From: Burkholderiales bacterium
Lineage (GTDB): Bacteria > Pseudomonadota > Gammaproteobacteria > Burkholderiales > SG8-39
NCBI GenBank assembly: GCA_014860445.1
Contig: JACZJT010000018.1
Span: 13,295 to 77,294, forward strand
DNA length: 64,000 bases
Reading direction: 5' to 3'
Made by a program: the position numbers and the translations under genes. The notes below the pieces were generated by a model. The model was not told the DNA's origin and made no database searches. It worked only from the letters and a program-made list of their open reading frames with translations. Every line of letters starts with the position of its first letter. The first letter of the stretch is position 1. Below are positions 47,736 through 56,307 of this stretch, piece by piece.

Positions 47736-48413
47736 TTACCGGCTAGTCGTGGCAGCAACGCGGCCGCCGCCGGCTGTGTTTTGTTTGTCCGGCCTCCAGC
47801 CATCCCGCCAGGTCTGCAGCGGCAGTACGAACGGCGGCTCGCCATTGTCGAGGAACCAGGCGTCCACCGCCCATCGTAACTGACTGCTGCGCTCCTCGAT
47901 CACAGCAGTCGTATGGGGCCAGGTCAGCGGCGTCCAGCGTGTGACGCGGTCCCCGGCCTGATGCCAGCGCAGCAGGCCGTCACCTTGCAGCAGGCGCAAA
48001 TAGATTGTGGTATTCGTCGATTCGTCGATGCAGTCCATTTGTCCGGGTTTTCCCCATCCGGCCAAATTGCCGCCCTTGTCGGTGGCGGTGCCGGTCATCG
48101 CACCGACCATGTCTTCGAGCAAAGCCACGGCGATTCTGATCTGTTCGCGCTCCCCCGCCGCGGTATCGGCTGGCGGACTGAACACCGCTCGCACCCGCTG
48201 CCATTGCTCCGTGCTCAATGTCACCCATGCGAGACTCGCACAGCCGTGGTCGTAGCAGATGTTGAACCGTTCGGGAACCGGCTCCGTGATGATGTCTTCG
48301 CGCACGAAGACGTCGGCCTGGCAGCCGAGCGCGGCACCTGCGCCGATAGCGAAAGCCGCCAATTTCAGTGCTTTGATCACGTGCATGGCAGACAGAGTCG
48401 TAGTTGTATTCAA
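47736..48413 (-). CDS. Hypothetical exported protein
   Basis: 225-aa ORF. Signal-like MHVIKALKLAAFAIGAGAALGC, with an alternative start at 48386. I recognise no family. Coding-like composition and several conserved-looking Cys/Trp residues. Confidence 0.55.
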   Translation of the reverse strand: MNTTTTLSAMHVIKALKLAAFAIGAGAALGCQADVFVREDIITEPVPERFNICYDHGCASLAWVTLSTEQWQRVRAVFSPPADTAAGEREQIRIAVALLEDMVGAMTGTATDKGGNLAGWGKPGQMDCIDESTNTTIYLRLLQGDGLLRWHQAGDRVTRWTPLTWPHTTAVIEERSSQLRWAVDAWFLDNGEPPFVLPLQTWRDGWRPDKQNTAGGGRVAATTSR

Positions 48414-48600
48414 TTTACCACCAAACGCGGCAATTCTCCCGCGTGTTCACACCGTCTCAGCCTCGACACGCTGTGCCAGTTTCGCATTGCCAATTCCGCC
48501 GCGGCCGTTCTAGACTGAGCCATGGCTGTATTGGATATCCGCGCAAACCTTCTACCGACCGCCGGCAAACGCCAAACTCGCGCGTGCCCGGGCGAAGCTG

Positions 48601-49494
48601 ATGGCTGAATTGCGCCTCGGCATCGATCTTGGCGGCACCAAGATCGAGATCGCCGCCCTGGCCGCCGATGGATCGCAGCTGCTGCGCCGCCGCATAGCTA
48701 CGCCACGCGGCGACTACCCAGGCACGCTGGCGGCCATCGCCAGCCTGGTCCAGCTGGCCGAAAACGAGTTAGGTCGTCGCGGTTCGGTCGGCATCGGCAT
48801 ACCCGGTGCGGAATCACGCGTCAGTGGACTGGTCAAGAACGCGAATTCGACCTGGCTGATCGGCCGGCCGCTCAAACACGACCTGCAAGAGCTGCTGCAG
48901 CGCGAGGTTCGCCTCGCCAACGATGCCAACTGCTTCGCACTTTCCGAAGCCAGCGATGGCGCCGCCGCAGGCTGCGACGTGGTATTCGGCGTGATCCTCG
49001 GTACGGGTGTGGGCGGAGGCATCGTCGCACACGGCAAGGTTCTGGCTGGCGCCAACGCGATCGCGGGAGAATGGGGACACAATCGTCTGCCAGGTGACGA
49101 AGCGGAGTGGCCGCCCTGTTATTGCGGGCGAAACGGCTGCGTTGAGACTTTCCTCTCCGGTCCCGCCATGTGCCGCGACCACCTGCTGTCCTGTGGCGAA
49201 AACCTGCATCCGGCAGAAATCGCGGCGCAGGCTGCGGCCGGTAACGCGGCCTGCGAAGCCACGCTGCGCCGCTACGAGGCCAGACTCGCGCGCGCCCTGG
49301 CGGTGGTCATCAACATCCTGGACCCCGGGGCGATCGTGCTCGGCGGAGGATTGTCAAACCTCGACAGGCTGTACGCCAACGTGCCGAAACTCTGGTCGCC
49401 GCAGATATTTTCCGATAATGTCGCCACGCGTTTTCTGAAAAGCCGGCACGGCGACGCTTCCGGCGTCCGCGGCGCGGCCTGGCTGTGGGAATGA
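48601..49494 (+). CDS. ROK family sugar kinase (N-acetylglucosamine kinase/fructokinase-like)
   Basis: 297 aa. LGIDLGGTKIE, ..RLANDANCFALSEA.., ..GTGVGGG.. and the Zn motif GEWGHNRL..CYCGRNGCVE. Confidence 0.85.
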   Translation: MAELRLGIDLGGTKIEIAALAADGSQLLRRRIATPRGDYPGTLAAIASLVQLAENELGRRGSVGIGIPGAESRVSGLVKNANSTWLIGRPLKHDLQELLQREVRLANDANCFALSEASDGAAAGCDVVFGVILGTGVGGGIVAHGKVLAGANAIAGEWGHNRLPGDEAEWPPCYCGRNGCVETFLSGPAMCRDHLLSCGENLHPAEIAAQAAAGNAACEATLRRYEARLARALAVVINILDPGAIVLGGGLSNLDRLYANVPKLWSPQIFSDNVATRFLKSRHGDASGVRGAAWLWE

Positions 49495-49632
49495 AGCATG
49501 CGCGCGGCAAGTCGCGCCCTGGGGTTTGCTCAAATCGAGACTGGAATTGCATAGCCGCATTGACTTTGTATCGCCGTCAGACTACATTTTTGGCGAACGC
49601 ATAGTCGTATTTTCCAGAGAAGCGGGAACCAA

Positions 49633-50061
49633 ATGCCGGACCTAAGCGCAATCCGTATTCTGATCATTGACGATGATCAGGAATTCGCGGGCGTTCTGCG
49701 CCTGCATCTCACCGCGGCCGGCTATACAGCCGAGGTGGCGGAGGATGCCGTTGAAGGCGGCAAGGCAATGCTTGAACGCGCACCGAATCTGGTCCTGTGC
49801 GACATCGGCATGCCATTTTTGAACGGCCTAGAACTGGTCGCGCTGATGCAGGACGACGCGAAATCCGCGTCGATACCGGTGGTGTTCATTTCCGGCCGCA
49901 GCGACAGCAGCGTAATGGCAAAGGCGGTGGAACTCGGCGCCGCAGATTTTCTGATCAAGCCGATCACGCGCGAACAACTGCTGCAGACGGTCGCAGCATG
50001 TTTGAAGGAGGGCGGGCGCAAAGCAGTGCCTCCGAATTACGGCTTTCCACCGGTCGTTTAA
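49633..50061 (+). CDS. Stand-alone response regulator receiver (CheY-like)
   Basis: 142 aa. ..ILIIDDD.., ..LVLCDIGMPFLNG.. and ..VVFISG..K... supply the acidic pocket, the phospho-acceptor Asp and the conserved Lys. Confidence 0.85.
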   Translation: MPDLSAIRILIIDDDQEFAGVLRLHLTAAGYTAEVAEDAVEGGKAMLERAPNLVLCDIGMPFLNGLELVALMQDDAKSASIPVVFISGRSDSSVMAKAVELGAADFLIKPITREQLLQTVAACLKEGGRKAVPPNYGFPPVV

Positions 50062-50066
50062 GCATC

Positions 50067-50510
50067 GTGTTCAATAATATTCTGGCACCGACCGACGGAT
50101 CCGGATTTTCCAACAAGGCAGTAGCCACGGCAGCGCGCCTCGCCAAATCGCTGGGCGCGAATCTTCTTCTGCTCCATGTCAGGTCGCCGATCGAGACACC
50201 GCACCACGTGGAGGGCGGCGCGATGAGCAATCTCGGCGGACAAGCCGTGATGCGCGAGATCGAAGACGAGGAACGCCAGCTGCTCGACGCCGCCCAGGAC
50301 CTCGCCGCTTCCGAAGGCGTCAAAGCCGGGACGGCATTCGTTGCAGGCTACTCGACCTACGAAACCATAATCCGCATCGCCGGTGAGCAGCATTGCGACC
50401 TGATCGTGATGGCCTCGCACGGCCGCCGCGGAATCTCCGGTCTACTCATGGGCAGCGAAACGCAAAAAGTCCTGACCCACACGACGATTCCGGTACTGAT
50501 CGTACGCTGA
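50067..50510 (+). CDS. Universal stress protein (UspA family)
   Basis: Distal part of ORF 49797-50510. The probable GTG start at 50067 gives (M)FNNILAPTDGSGFS.. and ..DLIVMASHGRRGISGLLMGSETQKVLTHTTIPVLIV... The start codon is uncertain. Confidence 0.75.
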   Translation: MFNNILAPTDGSGFSNKAVATAARLAKSLGANLLLLHVRSPIETPHHVEGGAMSNLGGQAVMREIEDEERQLLDAAQDLAASEGVKAGTAFVAGYSTYETIIRIAGEQHCDLIVMASHGRRGISGLLMGSETQKVLTHTTIPVLIVR

Positions 50511-50559
50511 GGCCGCGGTCGGCGTTGTCCGGGCCGTCGCCGGAATCACGGCGGTCCGG

Positions 50560-51180
50560 CTAGCGTTTTCGCGCCACCAAACCCATCAGGGCCGACATAC
50601 CCGCGTGCCCCTTGCCTTCATCGACATGTTCGTCGTAGCAGCGCAGTTCGATGATATCCATGTCGGCCAAGGCTTCGCGGATCATCGGCTCGGTGTAGAG
50701 GTGGTCCGCTTCCGGCGGGCCGCCGGTGCCGTTTAGCAATTGCTCCGTGCGATAGCCCTGGAGTATCAGCAGTCCGCCCGGCTTCAGAGTTTGTTTGATC
50801 AGCGGAAACAGCCTCGCGCGTACTGCCGGCGACGCGAACTGTATGAATATGGCGGCGACGAGATCGTAGGTGGACGGTTCCCAACTCCACGCGAACGTTT
50901 CAGATACATTGAAGCGGACGTGCGTACCGCGTTTCAAGGCCAGCCGCTCGGCTTTTGCAACAGCCGTAGGCGAGAAATCGAAGGCGTCGACACGCAGACC
51001 CTGCTCGGCCAGCCAGACACTGTTGCGGCCCTCGCCGTCGGCAATCGAAAGCGCACGGCTGCCCTTGGCGAGCAAGGATGCTTTGGACGCCAGGTAAGCG
51101 TTGGGCTTTTCGCCGAACAAATACTCCCCTACGCTGAAGCGCGCCTCCCAGCGCACCAGCGCATTTTCCTGTTCCGCCAT
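50560..51180 (-). CDS. Class I SAM-dependent methyltransferase
   Basis: 206 aa. ..ALSIADGEGRNSVWLAEQGLRVDAFDFS.. is the motif I region, and ..LKPGGLLIL.. follows. Confidence 0.78.
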   Translation of the reverse strand: MAEQENALVRWEARFSVGEYLFGEKPNAYLASKASLLAKGSRALSIADGEGRNSVWLAEQGLRVDAFDFSPTAVAKAERLALKRGTHVRFNVSETFAWSWEPSTYDLVAAIFIQFASPAVRARLFPLIKQTLKPGGLLILQGYRTEQLLNGTGGPPEADHLYTEPMIREALADMDIIELRCYDEHVDEGKGHAGMSALMGLVARKR

Positions 51181-51519
51181 GGCTACATCTCCTGAATGCG
51201 GGTATAAGGCACGGGCCTCGACGAGGCCGCCGGACCATCCCGGGGCATTGTATGGGATATCGACGCTCAGCCCAAACCGCGATGGGCCTTGCGAACGCTA
51301 ATCAATAAGGCGATGATGCCGGCGTCAATTCTCAAATCCGCCAGCCGATCGCGGGCGTTTCTACGGACCATCCGAGTCTGCCGACTCATCCGAAGTGCAT
51401 GGTCCGAATGGATCAGTTCGGTTTTTGCCAATTTGGAGTGCTCAAATTTTGTCCGCCGCCGATATTTCCTGTCTTGCCAAGAACCATGCGGAATGTTTCG
51501 CCGGATTTCACCCACAGGC

Positions 51520-51542
51520 TTATCCACAGAATCTGTGGGTAA
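51520..51542. promoter_or_regulatory. 23-bp imperfect palindrome upstream of the TPP-decarboxylase gene
   Basis: TTATCCACAGAATCTGTGGGTAA; the core CCACAGA/TCTGTGG is perfect. It lies about 80 nt upstream of the ATG at 51619. Function unknown. Confidence 0.3.
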
Positions 51543-51618
51543 TTTTCCGCTCCGCAAACGGCGATATGATTGCCTGACCGATTTGCCCGCAGCCCCTTCA
51601 TCGTCGAAAATAGGAAAC

Positions 51619-53241
51619 ATGATGAATCTCTCCGAAGCACTGCTGCATGCGCTCAAGGCGCACGGCGCGCGCGAAATTTTCGGCATTCCCGGAGACTACG
51701 CACTGCCATTTTTCAAGGTCATCGAAGAATCCGGCATCCTTCCGCTCTACACGCTGAGCCACGAACCGGCGGTCGGATTCGCCGCAGATGCGGCTGCGCG
51801 CATTCACTCCGGGCTGGGCGTGGCTGCCGTAACCTACGGCGCCGGTGCGCTCAATATGGTCAATCCCATCGCCGCGGCGTTCGCCGAAAAATCCCCGGTT
51901 GTCGTCATCTCCGGTGCGCCAGGCAAGGGCGAGGCGCAGCGCGGCCTGCTGTTGCATCATCAGGCCAAGTCGCTCGATTCGCAATTGCGCATTTACGAGG
52001 AAATCACCTGCGCCCAGGCGTGCCTCACCGATGCGCGCACGGCTCCTGCCGAGATCGCGCGTGTGCTGCGCGCCTGCATGGATTGCTCGCAGCCGGTCTA
52101 TCTGGAACTGCCGCGCGATATGGTGGGCGCGCCGTGTGAACCCGTATTGCCCGCCGCGGAGCCGGCATTCGATGCCGAAGCGCTGGCCGCATGTGCCGAC
52201 GAAATACTTGCGCGCCTGCGCACGGCTGCTTCGCCGGTGCTGATGATCGGAGTCGAAGTGCGCCGCTTCGGACTGGAGGACAAAGTTGCCGAACTTGCGC
52301 GCCGCCTGGGTTTGCCGGTGGTCACGAGCCTGCTCGGGCGCGGCCTGCTGTCGAACACGGACGCCCCGCTGCTCGGCACCTATATCGGGGTGGCCGGATT
52401 GCCTGCAATCACCCATCTGGTCGAGCACTCCGATGCGCTGTTCCTGTTGGGCGTGATCGTCTCCGACACCAATCTGGGCGTCTCCGCCAAGCATATCGAT
52501 TTGCGCATGTCGATACAGGCGCTAGACCGGCAGGTAATCATCGGGCATCACGTCTATCCTGAGATTCCACTGGGGCCGCTGGTGGGCGCCCTGCTCGAAC
52601 GGCTGCCCGCGCGAAAAGCGCATGCTCCGCAGCATGAGGCGGCAGTGTATCCCCGCGGGCTCCCGTCCGATGCGGCGCCGATCACCCCGTTCGGCATTGC
52701 GACCGCAATCAACGATTTGATGGACGCGCACGGCAAGATGCCGATCGCAACCGATATCGGCGACTGCATGTTCCTCGCGATGGACGTCGAGCATACCGCG
52801 CTGGTGGCGCCGGGCTATTACGCAACGATGGGATTCGGCGTTCCCGCCGGCCTCGGGCTGCAGGCTGCAACCGGACAGCGGCCGCTGATCATCGTCGGCG
52901 ACGGCGCGTTCCAGATGACCGGATGGGAACTGGGCAATTGCCTGCGTTACGGCTGGGATCCGATCGTGCTGCTGATCAACAACGCCAGCTGGGAGATGCT
53001 GCGCGCATTCCAGCCCGAGTCGGACTTCAACAATCTAGACGAGTGGCGTTTCGCCGAGGCGGCTGCCGCCCTTGGAGGAGAAGGCGTACGCGTGCGCACC
53101 GGCGGTGAACTCGCGCAAGCGCTGTCCGTCGCGCAAAGCCGGCGCGGACGATTTCAATTGATCGAAGCCATGGTTGCACGCGGCGCGATGTCACCGACGC
53201 TCTCGCGCTTCGTCGAAGGCGTCAAGAGCAAGCGCGTATAA
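51619..53241 (+). CDS. Thiamine-diphosphate-dependent 2-oxoacid decarboxylase (indolepyruvate/phenylpyruvate/pyruvate decarboxylase family)
   Basis: ORF 51289-53241 trimmed to MMNLSEALLHALKAHGAREIFGIPGDYALPFF.. (ATG 51619). The TPP-binding region is ..IIVGDGAFQMTGWELG..LLINNASW... Confidence 0.85.
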   Translation: MMNLSEALLHALKAHGAREIFGIPGDYALPFFKVIEESGILPLYTLSHEPAVGFAADAAARIHSGLGVAAVTYGAGALNMVNPIAAAFAEKSPVVVISGAPGKGEAQRGLLLHHQAKSLDSQLRIYEEITCAQACLTDARTAPAEIARVLRACMDCSQPVYLELPRDMVGAPCEPVLPAAEPAFDAEALAACADEILARLRTAASPVLMIGVEVRRFGLEDKVAELARRLGLPVVTSLLGRGLLSNTDAPLLGTYIGVAGLPAITHLVEHSDALFLLGVIVSDTNLGVSAKHIDLRMSIQALDRQVIIGHHVYPEIPLGPLVGALLERLPARKAHAPQHEAAVYPRGLPSDAAPITPFGIATAINDLMDAHGKMPIATDIGDCMFLAMDVEHTALVAPGYYATMGFGVPAGLGLQAATGQRPLIIVGDGAFQMTGWELGNCLRYGWDPIVLLINNASWEMLRAFQPESDFNNLDEWRFAEAAAALGGEGVRVRTGGELAQALSVAQSRRGRFQLIEAMVARGAMSPTLSRFVEGVKSKRV

Positions 53242-53280
53242 CGGGCGATCGCTCCGCATCGCGCAGTAGCGCCGCTGCGA

Positions 53281-54084
53281 TCACTGCTTTGCGTGCGCCT
53301 TGAGCCATTCCTCCGCGCCCTGTCTGGCCTGCGCAATCTGCTCGGGCGTCATCAGACGTTCCAGCAGGATGCGGCTGCGCCGCGCGCGGTCCTCGCCGTT
53401 GGACTCGGCAATGTTCCCCCACTTGTGCGCCTCGACATAATCCAATGGAACGCCTTCCTTCCCGGATTCGTAAATCCGCCCGAGATCGAACTGCGCCCTC
53501 GAATCCCCTGCGGCGGCCGCCTTGCCGTACCACTCCACCGCCTGCTTGTAGTCGCGCGCAACGCCCTGCCCCGTTTCGTACATGAGAGCCAGCGTGGCTT
53601 GCGCGCCCACGTGTCCCTTTTCACCCGCCTTGCGAAACCAGGATGCGGCCTGTGCATGATCCTGCGCCACGCCCTGCCCGGTCTGATACATGCGGCCCAG
53701 ATTGAACTGCGCTTCCACGGTCCCTTGGTCTGCGGCCCGCTGATACCAGTTCACCGCCTGCTTGTTGTCCTGCAGGACGCCCTGCCCCCGTTCGTAGAGC
53801 GATCCCAGATTGGTTTGTGCAGGCGCATTACCGCGCTCTGCCGCCCGCCTGTACCAATCCGCCGCCTGCCTGTAATCCACGGCCGTGCCCTCGCCTTTTT
53901 CGTATAAAAACCCCAGACTGAATTGCGCCATCACGCTGCCCTGCGCCGCTGCCTTTTGCCAGGATTCTTTCGCCTTCACGAAATTCCTGCTCCGATACGC
54001 GTTCACACCGTCCTCAAAGTTCCCGGCCAGCGCGGGCGCGACCGACAAGCTCAACGCAATCATGATTACTGTCACCAACCGCAT
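53281..54084 (-). CDS. Sel1-repeat (TPR-like) exported protein
   Basis: ATG at 54082-54084 (MRLVTVIMIALSLSVAPALA). About six repeats of ..A..WY.KAA.QG...AQ..LG.MYE.G.GV..D... Confidence 0.85.
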   Translation of the reverse strand: MRLVTVIMIALSLSVAPALAGNFEDGVNAYRSRNFVKAKESWQKAAAQGSVMAQFSLGFLYEKGEGTAVDYRQAADWYRRAAERGNAPAQTNLGSLYERGQGVLQDNKQAVNWYQRAADQGTVEAQFNLGRMYQTGQGVAQDHAQAASWFRKAGEKGHVGAQATLALMYETGQGVARDYKQAVEWYGKAAAAGDSRAQFDLGRIYESGKEGVPLDYVEAHKWGNIAESNGEDRARRSRILLERLMTPEQIAQARQGAEEWLKAHAKQ

Positions 54085-54195
54085 TTCACACTCCATACGC
54101 CCCGGTCAATTCGAAGGAATCCGTCCGCCAACCGGCGCTGCGGATCGCGGCACGATCGGCCTCGTTTCGGATGCGGCGCACTGAATGGTCCCATA

Positions 54196-55020
54196 TTAGT
54201 GCGCTCCCGTCGCGTTGCGCCAGTCGGCGGGCATGCCTGCGGCGGCACTCAACATACCCAGCGATCCGGCCTCGTAGCCATCCACTGCGAAATCGATGGT
54301 TTCTCCTTCCTGCTGCAATCCTGCGACATACAGCAGCGGCAGATAGTGCTCTGGGGTCGGCACCGACAGTCGCGCATCCTCGCCCCGTTGTTCAAAATCG
54401 ACGAGCGTCTGATGCCGGCCCGAGGCGAGCGCGGCGCGCACCTGCTCGTTGAACCGCCGCGCCCATGCGTAGGCCGGCGCATCCTCGCGACCTTGCATCA
54501 GCGTCAGGTTGTGCACCACGTTTCCGCTTCCGATGATGAGCACGCCCTCTGCGCGCAAGGGCGCGAGCCGCCGGCCGAGTTCGTAGTGGAACGCAGCCGG
54601 CTTGCCGGCATCCATGCTGAGTTGCACCACAGGGGTGTCCGCCTCGGGAAAAGCATGCACCAGCACCGACCAGGTACCGTGGTCCAGACCCCAGCTTTCA
54701 TCCATCGCCACCGGCAGCGGAGCGAGGAGTCCGCGCACGCGCTCTGCCAGCGCGGGATCACCGGGCGCGGGATACTGTATGTCGAACAGTGCCTGCGGAA
54801 AACCGCCGAAATCGTGGATGGTCCTTGGTTTCGCCATCGCAGTCACAGCCGTGCCCTTGGTAAACCAATGCGCGGATATCGCGAGTATCGCCTTGGGTTT
54901 CGGCACCGCAGCGCCGAGTTTGCGCCAGGCCTCGGTATACTGGTTGCGGGCAAGCGTATTCATCGGGCTGCCGTGCCCGAAGAAAATGACCGGCATGCGC
55001 GCCTCGCCGTCCATGCTCAT
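54196..55020 (-). CDS. ygiD: 4,5-DOPA dioxygenase extradiol-like (YgiD; class III extradiol dioxygenase, LigB family)
   Basis: 274 aa. ..MPVIFFGHGSPMN.., ..ILAISAHW.. and ..VLIIGSGNVVHNL... The start could instead be the internal ATG at 54996. Confidence 0.82.
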   Translation of the reverse strand: MSMDGEARMPVIFFGHGSPMNTLARNQYTEAWRKLGAAVPKPKAILAISAHWFTKGTAVTAMAKPRTIHDFGGFPQALFDIQYPAPGDPALAERVRGLLAPLPVAMDESWGLDHGTWSVLVHAFPEADTPVVQLSMDAGKPAAFHYELGRRLAPLRAEGVLIIGSGNVVHNLTLMQGREDAPAYAWARRFNEQVRAALASGRHQTLVDFEQRGEDARLSVPTPEHYLPLLYVAGLQQEGETIDFAVDGYEAGSLGMLSAAAGMPADWRNATGAH

Positions 55021-55029
55021 CGATGCACC

Positions 55030-56124
55030 CTAGGCCGCATATTTTCTTACCGCCTTCTCATTCCAACGTATTCCTGCACCGGGTGTCTCGGGAATGAGTA
55101 CATGACTGTCTTTTACCACGAGCGGTTCCGCCAGCACCGGATCAGCCCAGTCTACATATTCCAGCCAATGGCAGGTCGGAGTGACCGCAAGCAGATGACA
55201 ACTGAACTCGGGAAACAGATGCGAGGACATTTCCACTCCCGCAGCCTGCGCGAGCGCGGCAGCGCGCATCCAACCGGTGACGCCTCCGATGCGCTGCGCG
55301 TCCGGCATGACGTAGTCGCAGGCGCCCGCCGCCAGCGCCTGCGCCATCTGCTCCGGCCCCATGAAGTTTTCGCCTATCTGCACCGGCGTATCAAGTGCGT
55401 CAGCGATGCGGCCGTTGCCCTCGAAGTCGTCCGCACGCGTCGGCTCTTCGATCCAGTACAGCCCGCCTTCCTCGTCGAGCATGCGGCCGCGCCGGATCGC
55501 CTCGCTTACGCTGAGCGCCTGATTGTAGTCGCACATCAGCGTGATGCCTGGCCCGATAGCCTTCTTCACCGCGCGCAGCGCGGCAATGTCTTCCTTCGGG
55601 TCGTCTCGCCCCAGGCGCAGCTTGACCGCGGAAAAGCCCTCTTTCACCAACTGATCGGCTTCGCGCGCAAGCGACTTCACCGGCATGATGCCCAGCCCCT
55701 TGGAGTTATAGGCACGCACCGGACGCGGTGCTCCGCCCAGCAGCGTGCACAGTGGCTGTGCCAGCGACTGCGCATAGGCATCCCAGGCTGCCATGTCTAT
55801 ACCGGAGAGCGCGAACAGCACGATGTTGTGCACGCCGAGCAAAGTGTACTTCTGGCGCAGCTTGCGCTCCATGGCGAAAGGCGCCACGCTGTCCCCCACC
55901 AGCATCTCCCTCATTGCTTCGACCAGCGCGACGATGGGCTGCAGGTGCGCTCGGCTGATGGCGAACAAATAGCTGCGCCCGGTGATGCCTGCCGTGGTCT
56001 CCAGATCGATCAGCACCAGCGGCGCAACGCTCACCGCGCCGGTGCTCGTTTGCAGCGGCAGGCGCATCGGCACGATCACCGGCCGCACCTGCAGCCGGCG
56101 CAGTTTGAGCTTGCTGATTTTCAT
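55030..56124 (-). CDS. Mandelate racemase/muconate lactonizing enzyme family protein (enolase superfamily)
   Basis: ATG at 56122-56124 after GGAGGG (MKISKLKLRRLQVRPVIVPM..). ..GFSAVKLRLG.., ..LMCDYNQAL.. and ..WIEEP.. are the metal-ligand regions. Confidence 0.85.
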   Translation of the reverse strand: MKISKLKLRRLQVRPVIVPMRLPLQTSTGAVSVAPLVLIDLETTAGITGRSYLFAISRAHLQPIVALVEAMREMLVGDSVAPFAMERKLRQKYTLLGVHNIVLFALSGIDMAAWDAYAQSLAQPLCTLLGGAPRPVRAYNSKGLGIMPVKSLAREADQLVKEGFSAVKLRLGRDDPKEDIAALRAVKKAIGPGITLMCDYNQALSVSEAIRRGRMLDEEGGLYWIEEPTRADDFEGNGRIADALDTPVQIGENFMGPEQMAQALAAGACDYVMPDAQRIGGVTGWMRAAALAQAAGVEMSSHLFPEFSCHLLAVTPTCHWLEYVDWADPVLAEPLVVKDSHVLIPETPGAGIRWNEKAVRKYAA

Positions 56125-56307
56125 CCCAGTACCCTCCAAAACGAATGCGCCGAAAGCCGGCCGGCGCTTGCATGCATGCCGACGGACTCCGTCCAGCGCT
56201 TGCGCGCGTGGATGCCGCCGGTTGCCGGCGCGATTTCACGCAGAAAACTCAGCAAGCCGGTAATCAAGGATAGCATCGCAGCGATGAACATCCGCGCAAA
56301 TGAGCGC

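Noticed and set aside
51267-51686. 139-aa minus-strand ORF in the long leader of the decarboxylase gene; I briefly considered a transposase remnant (..MSRQTRMVRRNARDRLADLRIDAGI..)
   Set aside because: It has no inverted repeats, no recognisable DDE or HTH motif and no RBS, and it overlaps the start of the decarboxylase gene. It is most likely non-coding leader DNA.
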